Positions 9,291 through 18,970 of a stretch of 64,000 nt of DNA are shown one piece after another. A program made the position numbers and the translations under genes. Source of the stretch: Trueperaceae bacterium (GTDB taxonomy: Bacteria > Deinococcota > Deinococci > Deinococcales > Trueperaceae); assembly GCA_965214405.1 (NCBI GenBank), contig OZ243956.1:928001-992000 (forward strand), written 5' to 3'. Numbering within the stretch: the stretch's first letter is position 1; every line of letters begins with the position of its first letter. The notes beneath the pieces are model-generated. The model worked only from the letters and a program-made list of their open reading frames with translations. It was not told the DNA's origin and made no database searches.

Positions 9291-11318
9291 TTACCTTAGA
9301 CAGGACTCGCTTTCGCTCGTCAGCGCTCCTCCAGCCGAGGGGGGCGGGACAAGGAGGTAGGCGTCCACCTGTGGGGCGGGCATGGGCCTAGCGAACAAGA
9401 AGCCCTGCATGAGCGTGCAACCCAGCGAGCAAAAGGTGTCGCGCTGCTCTTGTGTCTCGACGCCCTCGACCACCACCTGAACCCCGAGCGCCGCGGCGAT
9501 GTCGACCACCGCGCGCACGACGGCGATGGGAACCTGGGGGTCGTGCGCTCCGGTGAGCTTTTGCGCGAAAGAGCGGTCGAGCTTGATGGTGTCGAAGTCG
9601 AGCGCCTCAAGGTAAGCGAGCGACGAGTAGCCGGTGCCGAAGTCGTCTAAGGAAACAGCCACCCCGTACGCCCTTAGTTTTTGCAAACACGCCTGCACCC
9701 GCCCAAACGCGTGGACGACGACCGACTCGGTAAGCTCGAGCTCGAGACACCCCGGGGGCAACCCCGCCTCCCGCAGCGCGCCCGCCACCACCTCGGCGAA
9801 GTCGGGCTGCATAAACTGGTGCGCGGAAACGTTGACGCAAACTTTGAGTTCGGTAAAGCCGCCCTCGTACCAGAGGCGCGCCTGCTGGCACGCGCGGCGC
9901 AGCGCCCAGGTGCCCAGCGGGTGGATGAGCCCGACCTCTTCCGCGATAGGGATAAACTCACCCGGCGAGACCCAGCCGCGCGCCTCGTTCTGCCAGCGGA
10001 GCAGCGCCTCGACCTTGACGACCCGGCCGGTCGTAGCGTCGACGACCGGCTGGTAGAAAAGTGACAGGCCGGACGCTCCACCGGACGCTCCACCCAGCAC
10101 CGCCCGCCTGAGCTCCTGCGCCAGCGCGGCGCGGTCTTTGAATCCTGAACCGTCTGCGGACCTAAAATGCCGGACGCCGTTCTTGCCGTTCTTTTTGACC
10201 TCGTACATGGCGGCGTCTGCGCGCCTTAGCAGGTCTTTGGGCGTCACGCCCTCAGAAAGAACGTCATGACAGACCGCGATGCCGATACTCGCCGAGACCG
10301 AAATCAGGTGGCGCTCGAGCGCGACCGGCTGCTCGAGCGCCGCGCGAAAGCGTTCACCCTCCTTGTAAACATCTGCACGGGTGTTCAAGGCGTCCGCACG
10401 ACCGGACCTGGGCAGGTCCGGGTAGACGACGACAAACTCGTCCCCGCTTATGCGGTGTACCAACCCGCTGCACCCCACCGCCTCTTGCAGGCGCGCGGCG
10501 ACGGTTTTTAGCAGCGCGTCCCCCGCCTCGTGACCCAACGAATCGTTAACCGATTTGAAGCCGTCGACGTCGATAAAAAACACCGCCACGCCTCCGGCAG
10601 AACCGGCAGAACCGGCAAAAGGTGGCTCGAGGGTGCTGGCGAGCGCCCCCTCGAGCGCGAGTCGGTTGGGGAGCCCGGTCAGCGCGTCGGTGTAGGCGAG
10701 ACGGTGCAACGTCTCCAGACGCGAGCTTTCCCGGGCGCTCGCCTCTTTGAAACCCATAAAGACCTGCATCACCCCGAAGAGCGTCGCGTTCGCCAGCGCG
10801 AGCTCGACCAGCGCGTAGACGACGCCCCAGTTTTCGCCCAGCCACACGTTGGGAACGACGTAGCTGGCAATGACGCCCGTAGAGAGCGCGAAAAATCCCA
10901 GGGCGACGGCGCGCCCCCATTTCAAGCCCGGCACGAACAAACCCAGGATGTACACCGTGGGCATCCAGAAGAAGGTCTCGGTCAGCTCGGCGTGAATAAG
11001 GTCCGCGTGGGGGTTGAAAAAAAGTAAGAAGACGAGCTTACCCAGAAGGTGACAGCAGACAACCCCGAGGACGCCGTAAAGCGTGCTCCTCGTGCTGAGT
11101 TTTCTTGTAAGGTGCAGCGTCCATAGCGCGGCAAAGAGGGCGATGACGCCGGTATAGGTCATGAGGTCAAAAAGGCTCACCTGCCCGCTCGGCTTCTCTA
11201 AAAAGAGAGCGATGAGGTAGGCGCACGCGGCGGTGGGCAGCGCGGCGAGGACGCTGTAGTAAAGACCGTCCTCTTCAAAGCGTGCTTTCAAGATGTCGAA
11301 GTGGAGAACGGCCTTCAT
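9291..11318 (-). CDS. Membrane-anchored GGDEF/EAL protein
   Basis: Several N-terminal hydrophobic helices; DALTGLPNR, SGDEF, EAL, ELTES, DDFGTGYSSL, EGVE. Confidence 0.92.
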   Translation of the reverse strand: MKAVLHFDILKARFEEDGLYYSVLAALPTAACAYLIALFLEKPSGQVSLFDLMTYTGVIALFAALWTLHLTRKLSTRSTLYGVLGVVCCHLLGKLVFLLFFNPHADLIHAELTETFFWMPTVYILGLFVPGLKWGRAVALGFFALSTGVIASYVVPNVWLGENWGVVYALVELALANATLFGVMQVFMGFKEASARESSRLETLHRLAYTDALTGLPNRLALEGALASTLEPPFAGSAGSAGGVAVFFIDVDGFKSVNDSLGHEAGDALLKTVAARLQEAVGCSGLVHRISGDEFVVVYPDLPRSGRADALNTRADVYKEGERFRAALEQPVALERHLISVSASIGIAVCHDVLSEGVTPKDLLRRADAAMYEVKKNGKNGVRHFRSADGSGFKDRAALAQELRRAVLGGASGGASGLSLFYQPVVDATTGRVVKVEALLRWQNEARGWVSPGEFIPIAEEVGLIHPLGTWALRRACQQARLWYEGGFTELKVCVNVSAHQFMQPDFAEVVAGALREAGLPPGCLELELTESVVVHAFGRVQACLQKLRAYGVAVSLDDFGTGYSSLAYLEALDFDTIKLDRSFAQKLTGAHDPQVPIAVVRAVVDIAAALGVQVVVEGVETQEQRDTFCSLGCTLMQGFLFARPMPAPQVDAYLLVPPPSAGGALTSESESCLR

Positions 11319-11519
11319 GAGAAGAGCGTAGCGGAATCCGTCTTACAGGGCTCTTAATCACGTTTCGGGATGTGAAATCTCTTACACGCACCTTTTTCAT
11401 CCGCTCTTACCATGCAGAAGATTCCCGACTCGGGCGCTCGAGGGCCACCACGTAAGGGGCGCGACCGGCTTATAGGGACCAACATCGTCAAGGCTATATC
11501 GTCAGGGTCATATCAGCTA

Positions 11520-11586
11520 GGTTGTACCGGCTGGGTTGTACCGGCTGGGTTGTACCGGCTGGGTTGTACCGGCTGGGTTGTGCCGG
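11520..11586. repeat. 14-bp tandem repeat
   Basis: GGTTGTACCGGCTG x4 perfect (11520-11575) plus a degenerate fifth copy. Confidence 0.95.
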
Positions 11587-11617
11587 TCAGGCCGTAGCGG
11601 CTCGAGAGGGGACAAGG

Positions 11618-12916
11618 ATGAACTGGGGAAGAGCGAAACTGGGTGGGTTGGGTGTGGCGGTCGTTCTAGGAGCGCTTCTTAGCGGTTGCGGCGTCCGTGC
11701 GCCCGCGCCCCAGCAACCAGCACACAGCTATGACTATTCACTCAGCGTCGACGTAGGTCCGCATGATTCCAAAGAGGCCGTCGGGGCGCTCTACGGCGGC
11801 GACGTGGTCGTCTGGCAGCCCGAGGCGGGCTTTGCGGTGGTGGGGCTTAGCGGCCCTGTCCTGAGCACGTTGTCGGATGGCGGCGCAGGCGGAAATGCAG
11901 ACGAGAACAAAGGGGTCATGAGCGTCCCGGAAGCGTCGTCGCGTGGTGCCTGGAGTAGTGGGTACAGCGCCTGGGCGGGCGGCTGGGACGCGTGGTCGGG
12001 TGGCCGTGACGTCTGGGCGGGTGGACGCGATGTGTGGGCTGACGGTCAGCCCAACACCTTTGCAGAAAACCTCGGCGTTTGGGACCAGATCAATTTACCC
12101 GAAGGTCAGGCGCTCGCGCCTCACCTGGGGGCGGGTGTTAAAGTGGCGGTCATCGACACGGGTATCGACCTCTCGCATCCCGCTTTCGCCGGTAAGCTCG
12201 CCCCGCGTGACGAATGGATAGACTTTGTCGGTGAGGACGCCTATCCGGCTGAAGTCAACGGGTCAGCTTACGGCCACGGCACCGGCGTGGCGGGCGTGAT
12301 CGTGCAGGTCGCGCCCAACGTGACGATTTTGCCCCTGCGCGTTCTCGACCCAGACGGCTCGGGCGACCTTATCGACGTCACGGTTGCGGTTGTCTGGGCG
12401 GTCGCGCAGGGCGCGGACGTGATCAACCTCTCGCTGGGGTCGGATACGGACTTCCGCACACTCAAAGATGTTCTCCGGTACGCCAAGCAAGAGGGGGTTA
12501 TCGTCGTCGCCTCGGCGGGTAACAGCGGACAAGAGAGTGTGGAGTACCCGGCGCGTTATAGCGCGGAGGTGATTGGTGTCGGCAGTGTTGACGCGCATGA
12601 TATTAAGTCAAGCTTCTCTTCCTGGGGCAAAGGGCTCAAGCTCCTGGCACCCGGCGAAAACATCCTTACGCCCGCCCCCGAACGCAGCCTCGCCTCCTGG
12701 AGCGGCACCTCGTTCGCCGCGCCTATGGTGACCGGCAGCTTGGCGCTCGCGCTCGGCGAGGCGAAAGGAAACCCGGACGTGAACCTTGATGATTTTATCA
12801 AAGACGTAGCGAACGCGTCTGCCGACATAAGTAAGCAAGGAGGTAACGCGTCATTTGGCGAACTCGGTCACGGAAGACTCGATGTGGAAGTGTTTTTGCT
12901 CAAGGTATCAAGGTAG
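11618..12916 (+). CDS. S8 subtilase-family serine protease, probable lipoprotein
   Basis: Lipobox LLSGC; catalytic VIDTG, HGTGVAG and GTSFAAP; oxyanion SAGN. Confidence 0.93.
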   Translation: MNWGRAKLGGLGVAVVLGALLSGCGVRAPAPQQPAHSYDYSLSVDVGPHDSKEAVGALYGGDVVVWQPEAGFAVVGLSGPVLSTLSDGGAGGNADENKGVMSVPEASSRGAWSSGYSAWAGGWDAWSGGRDVWAGGRDVWADGQPNTFAENLGVWDQINLPEGQALAPHLGAGVKVAVIDTGIDLSHPAFAGKLAPRDEWIDFVGEDAYPAEVNGSAYGHGTGVAGVIVQVAPNVTILPLRVLDPDGSGDLIDVTVAVVWAVAQGADVINLSLGSDTDFRTLKDVLRYAKQEGVIVVASAGNSGQESVEYPARYSAEVIGVGSVDAHDIKSSFSSWGKGLKLLAPGENILTPAPERSLASWSGTSFAAPMVTGSLALALGEAKGNPDVNLDDFIKDVANASADISKQGGNASFGELGHGRLDVEVFLLKVSR

Positions 12917-13045
12917 CCTGATGTTGGGGGACCATCGGCTTGAACGTAGTCTTGACGTACTTGTCATCCTGAAACTTTACGTCGGATAGAGGCGCTAACC
13001 CAAACCGGGGTACGCCTTGTCTACACGTCTGTCTACACCCTAAAT

Positions 13046-14815
13046 CTATACTCTGACCTGATTTTTCCCGTTGCGCTTGGCTTCGTAGAGTTTTGCGTCG
13101 GCCCGATGAAGGAGTTCATGACCTTCGCTAAGACCGTGTGAGAGGCCGACGCTGATGGTGACGCGCAAACCGGGTGCGACCTCCTCCCAGGGGTAAGCTT
13201 CGACCTCTTTGCGGATGTGCTCGCACACGCGCGCGGCCTCTTGCAGCGCGGTTTCGGGAAAGACGATGACGAGCTCTTCGCCGCCGTAGCGGGCAACCGT
13301 GTCGACTTTACGCGCGCCCGCCTCGAGCAGGCGCGCCACCCTTTTGAGCACTTCGTCGCCCACCTGGTGAGAAAAAGCGTCGTTAACCCTCTTGAAATCG
13401 TCGATATCGAAAACCGCAACGTTGAGAGGAACGCGCGACCGCTGCCCCCTCTCAAACTCGCGCCCCAACTGCGCGTCTAGATAGCGCCGGTTGTAAAGCC
13501 CGGTGAGACCGTCGCAGTTGGCCTGCGCCCTGAGCTGCTCCAACAGGAGCGACTTCTCCTCGTTGGCTCTTTCCAAAGACGTCGTGAGCGCGTCGAGTCG
13601 CCCGATGGCGTTCGCCAACTCGACGTTTTTGAGGCGGTAGATCTCTCGCTCCTGTACGGCTTGCTCAACTTCAAAGCGGGCCTTGGCACCGTAAAGCCTG
13701 AGGTCGGACGACTGATTATACACCGCGTCTTTGACGTTCACATAATGCTCCAAATGAACGCAAGCTTCGCGGAACTGCCGGTTGAGCTTGTGGGCTTCAG
13801 CGAGCGCCTGGTGCGCCTTGTAAACCTCGGCCTGCGCCTCGGCGCGTTGCGCCTTGGCGAGTCCTTCGTGCAGCACGTCGAGAGCACCCTCAATGTGACC
13901 CTGACGGATGTAAAGGTGACCCAGGTGGATACACGTCTCAGCCTCACCTTTTTGGTCACCGACCTCTTTTTTTGTGGCCCAGCTCCTGTGAAAGCACAAG
14001 CTGGCGTCATCGACGTTTCCCACGTATAAATAAATGCGCCCGAGGTCGTCCAATACGTAGCTGGCCTCGAGCCTGTCCCCTAAGTTTTCTAAGATCTCCA
14101 AACTTTCTTTGGCGTACTCGAGCGCCTGCTCGTGAGCCCCCAACACCAAGTGCGTGCGCGCAAGCTGGTTGAGGAGAACCGCGCGGGTGTGTTCGTCCGG
14201 ATTCCCCGCCAGAGCACTCAAAAAATGTTCCAGTGCGTCGCCGTAACGACCAAGTTCATAGTAGACTCTGCCCGCGTTGGTGTACCTTGCGGGGTCTTGA
14301 ACCAACCTCAAGCTCTCGAGCTGAGCCTCTAGCGCGCTCGCATAATCGCCAAAGTGGATGTAGATGATGCCAATGTTGTTGAGCGCGTCGGCTTCGCCCG
14401 CTTCGTCACCCAGTTCAGCGCAGAGTTTTTGGGTTGTAAGAAACGTTTTTAGGGCTTCGCGCAGGTTGCCGGACTGACCATAAATTATACCCAAAGTGTT
14501 GAGCGCCTTACGCACGCCCTCATTGTTTTCCAAGCTCTCAAAAAGCTCCAAGGCGCTCTGCGTTTTGCTTAGCGCCGTCTCGAGCTTGGCGAGCTGAGCG
14601 TAACAGCGGCCCTGCGCAAGCAAACTCTGCGCCTGTCCCAAGGGGTACGCCGCAGCTTGCGCGAGGATAAAAGCGTCCTGACTCAGTGAGAGAGCCTGCT
14701 TCGCGTCAGCACGCCTGAGGTCCCACGCCTGCTTGTTGAGCGCGTCTATATCTAGCAGTGTGGGGTTTGGCAGGGTCGTGTTTTGCAAGCTCATGGCTTT
14801 GTCCATAAATGGCAC
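13046..14815 (-). CDS. TPR-repeat diguanylate cyclase
   Basis: Multiple TPR-like repeats (ALNTLGIIY, ALNNIGIIY); DGLTGLYNRR, RKVD I-site, GGEEL. Confidence 0.92.
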   Translation of the reverse strand: MPFMDKAMSLQNTTLPNPTLLDIDALNKQAWDLRRADAKQALSLSQDAFILAQAAAYPLGQAQSLLAQGRCYAQLAKLETALSKTQSALELFESLENNEGVRKALNTLGIIYGQSGNLREALKTFLTTQKLCAELGDEAGEADALNNIGIIYIHFGDYASALEAQLESLRLVQDPARYTNAGRVYYELGRYGDALEHFLSALAGNPDEHTRAVLLNQLARTHLVLGAHEQALEYAKESLEILENLGDRLEASYVLDDLGRIYLYVGNVDDASLCFHRSWATKKEVGDQKGEAETCIHLGHLYIRQGHIEGALDVLHEGLAKAQRAEAQAEVYKAHQALAEAHKLNRQFREACVHLEHYVNVKDAVYNQSSDLRLYGAKARFEVEQAVQEREIYRLKNVELANAIGRLDALTTSLERANEEKSLLLEQLRAQANCDGLTGLYNRRYLDAQLGREFERGQRSRVPLNVAVFDIDDFKRVNDAFSHQVGDEVLKRVARLLEAGARKVDTVARYGGEELVIVFPETALQEAARVCEHIRKEVEAYPWEEVAPGLRVTISVGLSHGLSEGHELLHRADAKLYEAKRNGKNQVRV

Positions 14816-15158
14816 CCTAAGTCATCCGCAATCCTACTACGCAGAAGCCGGGGAGGTTTTTCTACCGCCGGAACACCATAAAAATCCGCTTTTATCAAGC
14901 GTCTCTTTTGTGGCGACTCATTTACAAAGATTCACGCAACGTGAGTCGAGGTCGGGGCGCGTTAGACGCTGTTGCTTAAACGGTTCCATTAAGCTACTGC
15001 CGTCAAGCTAAGGTCAAGCGGTCGCCGCCGAATGCTACCGTTAAAACATAGCGGTTGGAACAGCGGTTAAAACACGGTCGGCAGGTCATAGCGGTTTTAG
15101 GCCCTACCGGGTCTGCAGCCGTCGCTATCACCTTGAACTGCTTTTTGGATAATAGCAC

Positions 15159-16297
15159 ATGAGCCGAATCACGCTCGAGAGTAACGAGGTAACCCTCATG
15201 CTGGGGCGTACACGCTCTAAACAAGTGGTGCGTGTCCTGGACGGGGCGTTCGAGACGTTTTTGTTGGCGCTTCACAAGCGTCTGGCGCTCCCGCCCGGCG
15301 CGGAGGTGGGCGTCGCGCCCGAGATTCTGCTCAGCGTGCTCGAGCGGCGCGGGCGGTGGCGCGAGGCCTTGGAGGTCGCCGCCGAGCACGCGCCGGAGCG
15401 GGTGGCGGGGCTGCTCGAGCACGCGGGCGAGGTGTATCTGGAGCGCGGGCTCTACGGGCGGCTGTGGGAGGTGCTGGCGGGGCTGCCGGAAAGCCAGTCA
15501 AAAACCCAGTCAAAAACCCAGTCAGAAAACCCGTCGGAAACACCGGAAGATGCGCACGTTCTCACCTGGCGGCTGCGGGCGGCGAAGCGGCTCGGCCATG
15601 TGGACGAACTCAGAGAAACGGCCGAAGCGCATTTAGACGCGCACGAAGCTCCCGACCTCCGCGCGCTTTACGCCTCGACGCTGCCCGGTGCGCGGGGGCT
15701 CACCGAGTCAGCGCGCACCTACCACGCCGCCAAAACGCCCCTGACACCGCAACACTACGGCAACGCCTTAGCGTTCCGCGGCCCCACGCGGAGTTTAGAG
15801 ATGTTTAGAGAACTCGTCACGCTCACCGAGCGCCGGGGCACCTCCTTTGAAAGGGCCACCGCCGAGATGGTGCTCGCGCTGCACCCGGAGGGCCTGAACC
15901 TGGGGCAACTTTTGCTCCTCTACGGGAAGGCAAGCCCGCCAATCTCAAGGCGACACTTTCCAAAGTCCGCGAGCTCGTCCCCGTCACGCGCCCGCCTTAC
16001 CGGCTGGCCGTTCCCTACAAGGCCGACTTTGTAGACTGCGCGCCGCGCCCGAGCTCTACCAAGGCCCCCTCCTCCCCTCTTCCGAAGCCCCCGGCGTGGT
16101 CGAGGCGCGCGAGACGCTCGAGGAGCCCTTGCGTCAAGCCGTCCTCGCTTCCGGCGACGCCGAGGCGCTGCCTAAACCTCTCTGAACGCTTCGAAGAGGA
16201 TTTAGAACTCTGGGAAGCGAGAGAGGCCCCGCCCAAGCAAGACCCCCGCCGCCCTCTGGCGGTCGCCAGACAGAAGCGGGTGCTCGAGAACTGGTAA
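15159..16297 (+). pseudogene. Frameshifted remnant of a transcriptional-regulator-like gene
   Basis: After LALHPEGL, protein-like text continues in shifted frames: ANLKATLSKVRELVPVTRPPYRLAVPYKADF / ELYQGPLLPSSEAPGVVEARETLEE / LNLSERFEEDLELWEA...VLENW*. Confidence 0.65.
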
Positions 16298-16314
16298 GGT
16301 GGTGGCTAGTGGTG

Positions 16315-16366
16315 AGTGATGAGTGATTAGATTTTTCTAACCACTCGCCACTAATCACTCATCACT
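16315..16366. terminator. Long inverted repeat between convergent genes
   Basis: AGTGATGAGTGATTAG (16315-16330) pairs perfectly with CTAATCACTCATCACT (16351-16366). Confidence 0.6.
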
Positions 16367-18621
16367 GCCCTCACCGTGGGTCGCCCGAACAAGAAGCCCT
16401 GGGCGTAGGGGCAGCCCTCGCTTTTGAACCACTCGAGCTGCTCGTTGGTTTCCACGCCCTCGGCGACGACGGGGAGGTCTAAAGAGCGGGCGAGGGCCAG
16501 CACCGAGCGCACCAGCGCGGCCTTGCGCGGGCTCGAGACGACGCCCTGCGCGAAACTCCGGTCGAGCTTGATGAGGTCGGCGGGCAGGGTTTCAAGGAGC
16601 GCAAGCGACGAGTAGCCGGTGCCGAAATCGTCGACGGCCAAGCGCACGCCCCGCTCGCGCAAGCTCAGCAGCACCGCCGCCGTGGCGGGCTCTAAGAGCA
16701 CGCTCTCGGTGATTTCTAACAAAAGTCCGCCGGGCGGCAGACTATAGCGCGCCAGCAGCGTTTCAAAACGCCCCTGCCAGAACCCGTCTTCTAAACTTTT
16801 GGGCGACAAGTTGACGCTCAGCCAGCCGCCCTGCGGCGGGGTGGTGAGGGCGCGCTCGAGCGCAAAGGCGTCCAACTCGGCCACGAGCCCCAGCGTTTCG
16901 GCTAGCGGGACGAAGCTGCCGGGCGGCGTGCCCGCCTTGGGCCAGCGCAGGAGGCTCTCGGTGCCCACGCGCTCGCCTGTTAAGAGGCTCACCACGGGCT
17001 GAAAGGCGAGTTCAAAGTCTTGCGCGGTGATGGCGTAACGCAGCGCCGCCTCGAGCTGCAAGCGTTCTCTCTGCGCGGTACCGAGCGAGGGATGGTAAAA
17101 GGGGTCGCGCGAGCCGCCGCGCTTCACCGCGACCATCGCCAGGTCGGCCAAGCGCAAGAGGTCGTGGACGCTGCTGCCGTGCTCGGGCGCGCAGGCGATA
17201 CCCAAACTCGCGCCAAGCTTGACAAACGTGTCGCCCACCCCGTAGGAACGCCCCACACTTTCCAAAAGGCGCTCGGCGAGTTCGCGCGCCACCGCGCGGT
17301 CGCCGCCCGTGGCGAGGAGGGCGAACTCGTCGCCGCCCAACCGCACCAGCGTGTCCTCATTCCGCACCGCGCGTTTTAAGCACGCCGCCACGTCCGCAAG
17401 CAGCTTGTCACCCGCGGCGTGACCGAAGCGGTCGTTCACGCCCTTGAAGCGGTCTAAGTCGAGGTAGAAGAGCCACGCGGGCTCGCCCCCTCTCTGCGCC
17501 TCTCGCAAGCGCTTTTCGCCCACCTCGAATAAGTAGCGGCGGTTAAAAAGTCCGGTGAGCGCGTCCGTGTGGGCGAGCCGGGTCACCTCGCGTTCGTGCC
17601 GCCGCCGCTCGGTCACATCCTGGAGGATGAGCACGCGCTCGGCCCCGCGCCCGGTCGAGAGCTGCGAATGGTGCAAGAGCAGGTCGCGCTCGTTAAAACG
17701 CAGCTCGAGCGCCTCCTTCTCAGCCCCTTCCGCCCACGGCGTCACCCCCGGCAGCGCGCCAAACACCTCCGCAAAGCCCGCCCCCACCACCTCGGCGCGC
17801 GTGCGCCCCAGCAGCGCCTCGGCGGCGGGGTTCACGTCCACGACCTCGCCCTTGCGGCCCACGACCACCACCCCGTCGCTCATCGTCTCGAACACCTGCG
17901 CGCGGGCGCTCGGCAGCGGGTCGGGCTCGCGCAAGCCGAAGAGCGCCAGTCCCCAGAGCGGCAGCGCCAGCCCGAACCCGAGCGGGGTGAGGTCGATAAT
18001 GAGCGACGGGCGCAGCACATAGGCGAGGTTGAAAAACCAGGGCAGCAGCAGGCCCCCCAATAGCGCGACCGCCTGACGCCGCCGCGACATCCCACCCAGC
18101 GCCCGCCACACGAGGACGAAAAACCCCGTCAACAACAGGCCGTACGAATAACCCGTGTGAACCCAGAAGAGGGGGCCGTAAGTCGCTTCTAACGGGTGGA
18201 GCCCGCCCGGCGCAACCGCGACCGTCCTCCAAAAGAGGCCGTGGCGCGCGTTCGTCAAGACCGCCAGAAGGCTAAACGCGGGCACCGCGAAAAGGGCCAG
18301 CGTGAGAGCCGTGGCGGCGGCCGAAGATAAGCGCACCTGCGTGTGGCGCAGCACCAACAGCAAGACGAGCGGCGGCGCGGCGACGACGCCTACGTACTCG
18401 AGCCGCACCCACCACAACGTCTCCGCCAAGGAGGGGCTGAGCAGTTCAAAGCCGTAGCAGCCCGCCCAGATAGAGAGCGCCAAGCCGAGAAAGCCGTAAA
18501 CTTTTGCCCCCGGCACCCCTTGAAAAAACCCGTAGAGCGCCAGCACCAATGCCTTGCTCGCCACGATAAAGGAGAAAATGGGCCAAAACATGCCCCCAGT
18601 GTGTACCAGGCGGGCGGACAT
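16351..18621 (-). CDS. 7TM sensor-PAS-GGDEF-EAL protein
   Basis: HisKA_7TM-like N-terminus (LTNARHGLFW, YGPLFWVH, DLTP), PAS (DGVVVV...VNPAAE), GGDEF, ESL variant, DDFGTGYSSL; start may be the ATG at 18591. Confidence 0.9.
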   Translation of the reverse strand: MSARLVHTGGMFWPIFSFIVASKALVLALYGFFQGVPGAKVYGFLGLALSIWAGCYGFELLSPSLAETLWWVRLEYVGVVAAPPLVLLLVLRHTQVRLSSAAATALTLALFAVPAFSLLAVLTNARHGLFWRTVAVAPGGLHPLEATYGPLFWVHTGYSYGLLLTGFFVLVWRALGGMSRRRQAVALLGGLLLPWFFNLAYVLRPSLIIDLTPLGFGLALPLWGLALFGLREPDPLPSARAQVFETMSDGVVVVGRKGEVVDVNPAAEALLGRTRAEVVGAGFAEVFGALPGVTPWAEGAEKEALELRFNERDLLLHHSQLSTGRGAERVLILQDVTERRRHEREVTRLAHTDALTGLFNRRYLFEVGEKRLREAQRGGEPAWLFYLDLDRFKGVNDRFGHAAGDKLLADVAACLKRAVRNEDTLVRLGGDEFALLATGGDRAVARELAERLLESVGRSYGVGDTFVKLGASLGIACAPEHGSSVHDLLRLADLAMVAVKRGGSRDPFYHPSLGTAQRERLQLEAALRYAITAQDFELAFQPVVSLLTGERVGTESLLRWPKAGTPPGSFVPLAETLGLVAELDAFALERALTTPPQGGWLSVNLSPKSLEDGFWQGRFETLLARYSLPPGGLLLEITESVLLEPATAAVLLSLRERGVRLAVDDFGTGYSSLALLETLPADLIKLDRSFAQGVVSSPRKAALVRSVLALARSLDLPVVAEGVETNEQLEWFKSEGCPYAQGFLFGRPTVRAVMSD

Positions 18622-18804
18622 TACCAGCCTGAGGCGGCGAAAAATGAGAAATGTAAGATTTTCAACAGTTCCACCCTGAACGGTTTCGCTTCAGCCAACG
18701 CCCCTTGCCAGCAGTCGATGGTCTTACGGGCGCAACCTGCCGACAGGTCGTGAAGAATTCTTCACGACCTACTAAAACTCCTCTTCCCCACACCTCTGGA
18801 TTAT

Positions 18805-18931
18805 CAATACTTCGGACACTTGTGTGGAAAGCGCGTCAGGGACGGTATTGCTTAACGCAACCTCCGCTCGGAGGATTTGCGTCGCAGACGAGATAAATTA
18901 GATTTTGCGTCAAAACCTGTCCGAAGTATTG
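18805..18931. mobile_element. Putative MITE (127 bp)
   Basis: Perfect 14-bp terminal inverted repeats CAATACTTCGGACA / TGTCCGAAGTATTG; flanks GATTAT and GGTTAT resemble a 6-bp target duplication. Confidence 0.7.
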
Positions 18932-18970
18932 GGTTATCAAAAATCTCAAAAAATTCGTACGAACACCCAG

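Noticed and set aside
11520..11586. Possible CRISPR array
   Set aside because: 14-bp units are directly adjacent with no spacers, and there are no cas genes; it is a VNTR.
11522..11617. N-terminal extension of the S8 ORF (MYRLGCTGWVVPAG...)
   Set aside because: It is translation of the tandem repeat; the signal peptide and lipobox begin at ATG 11618.
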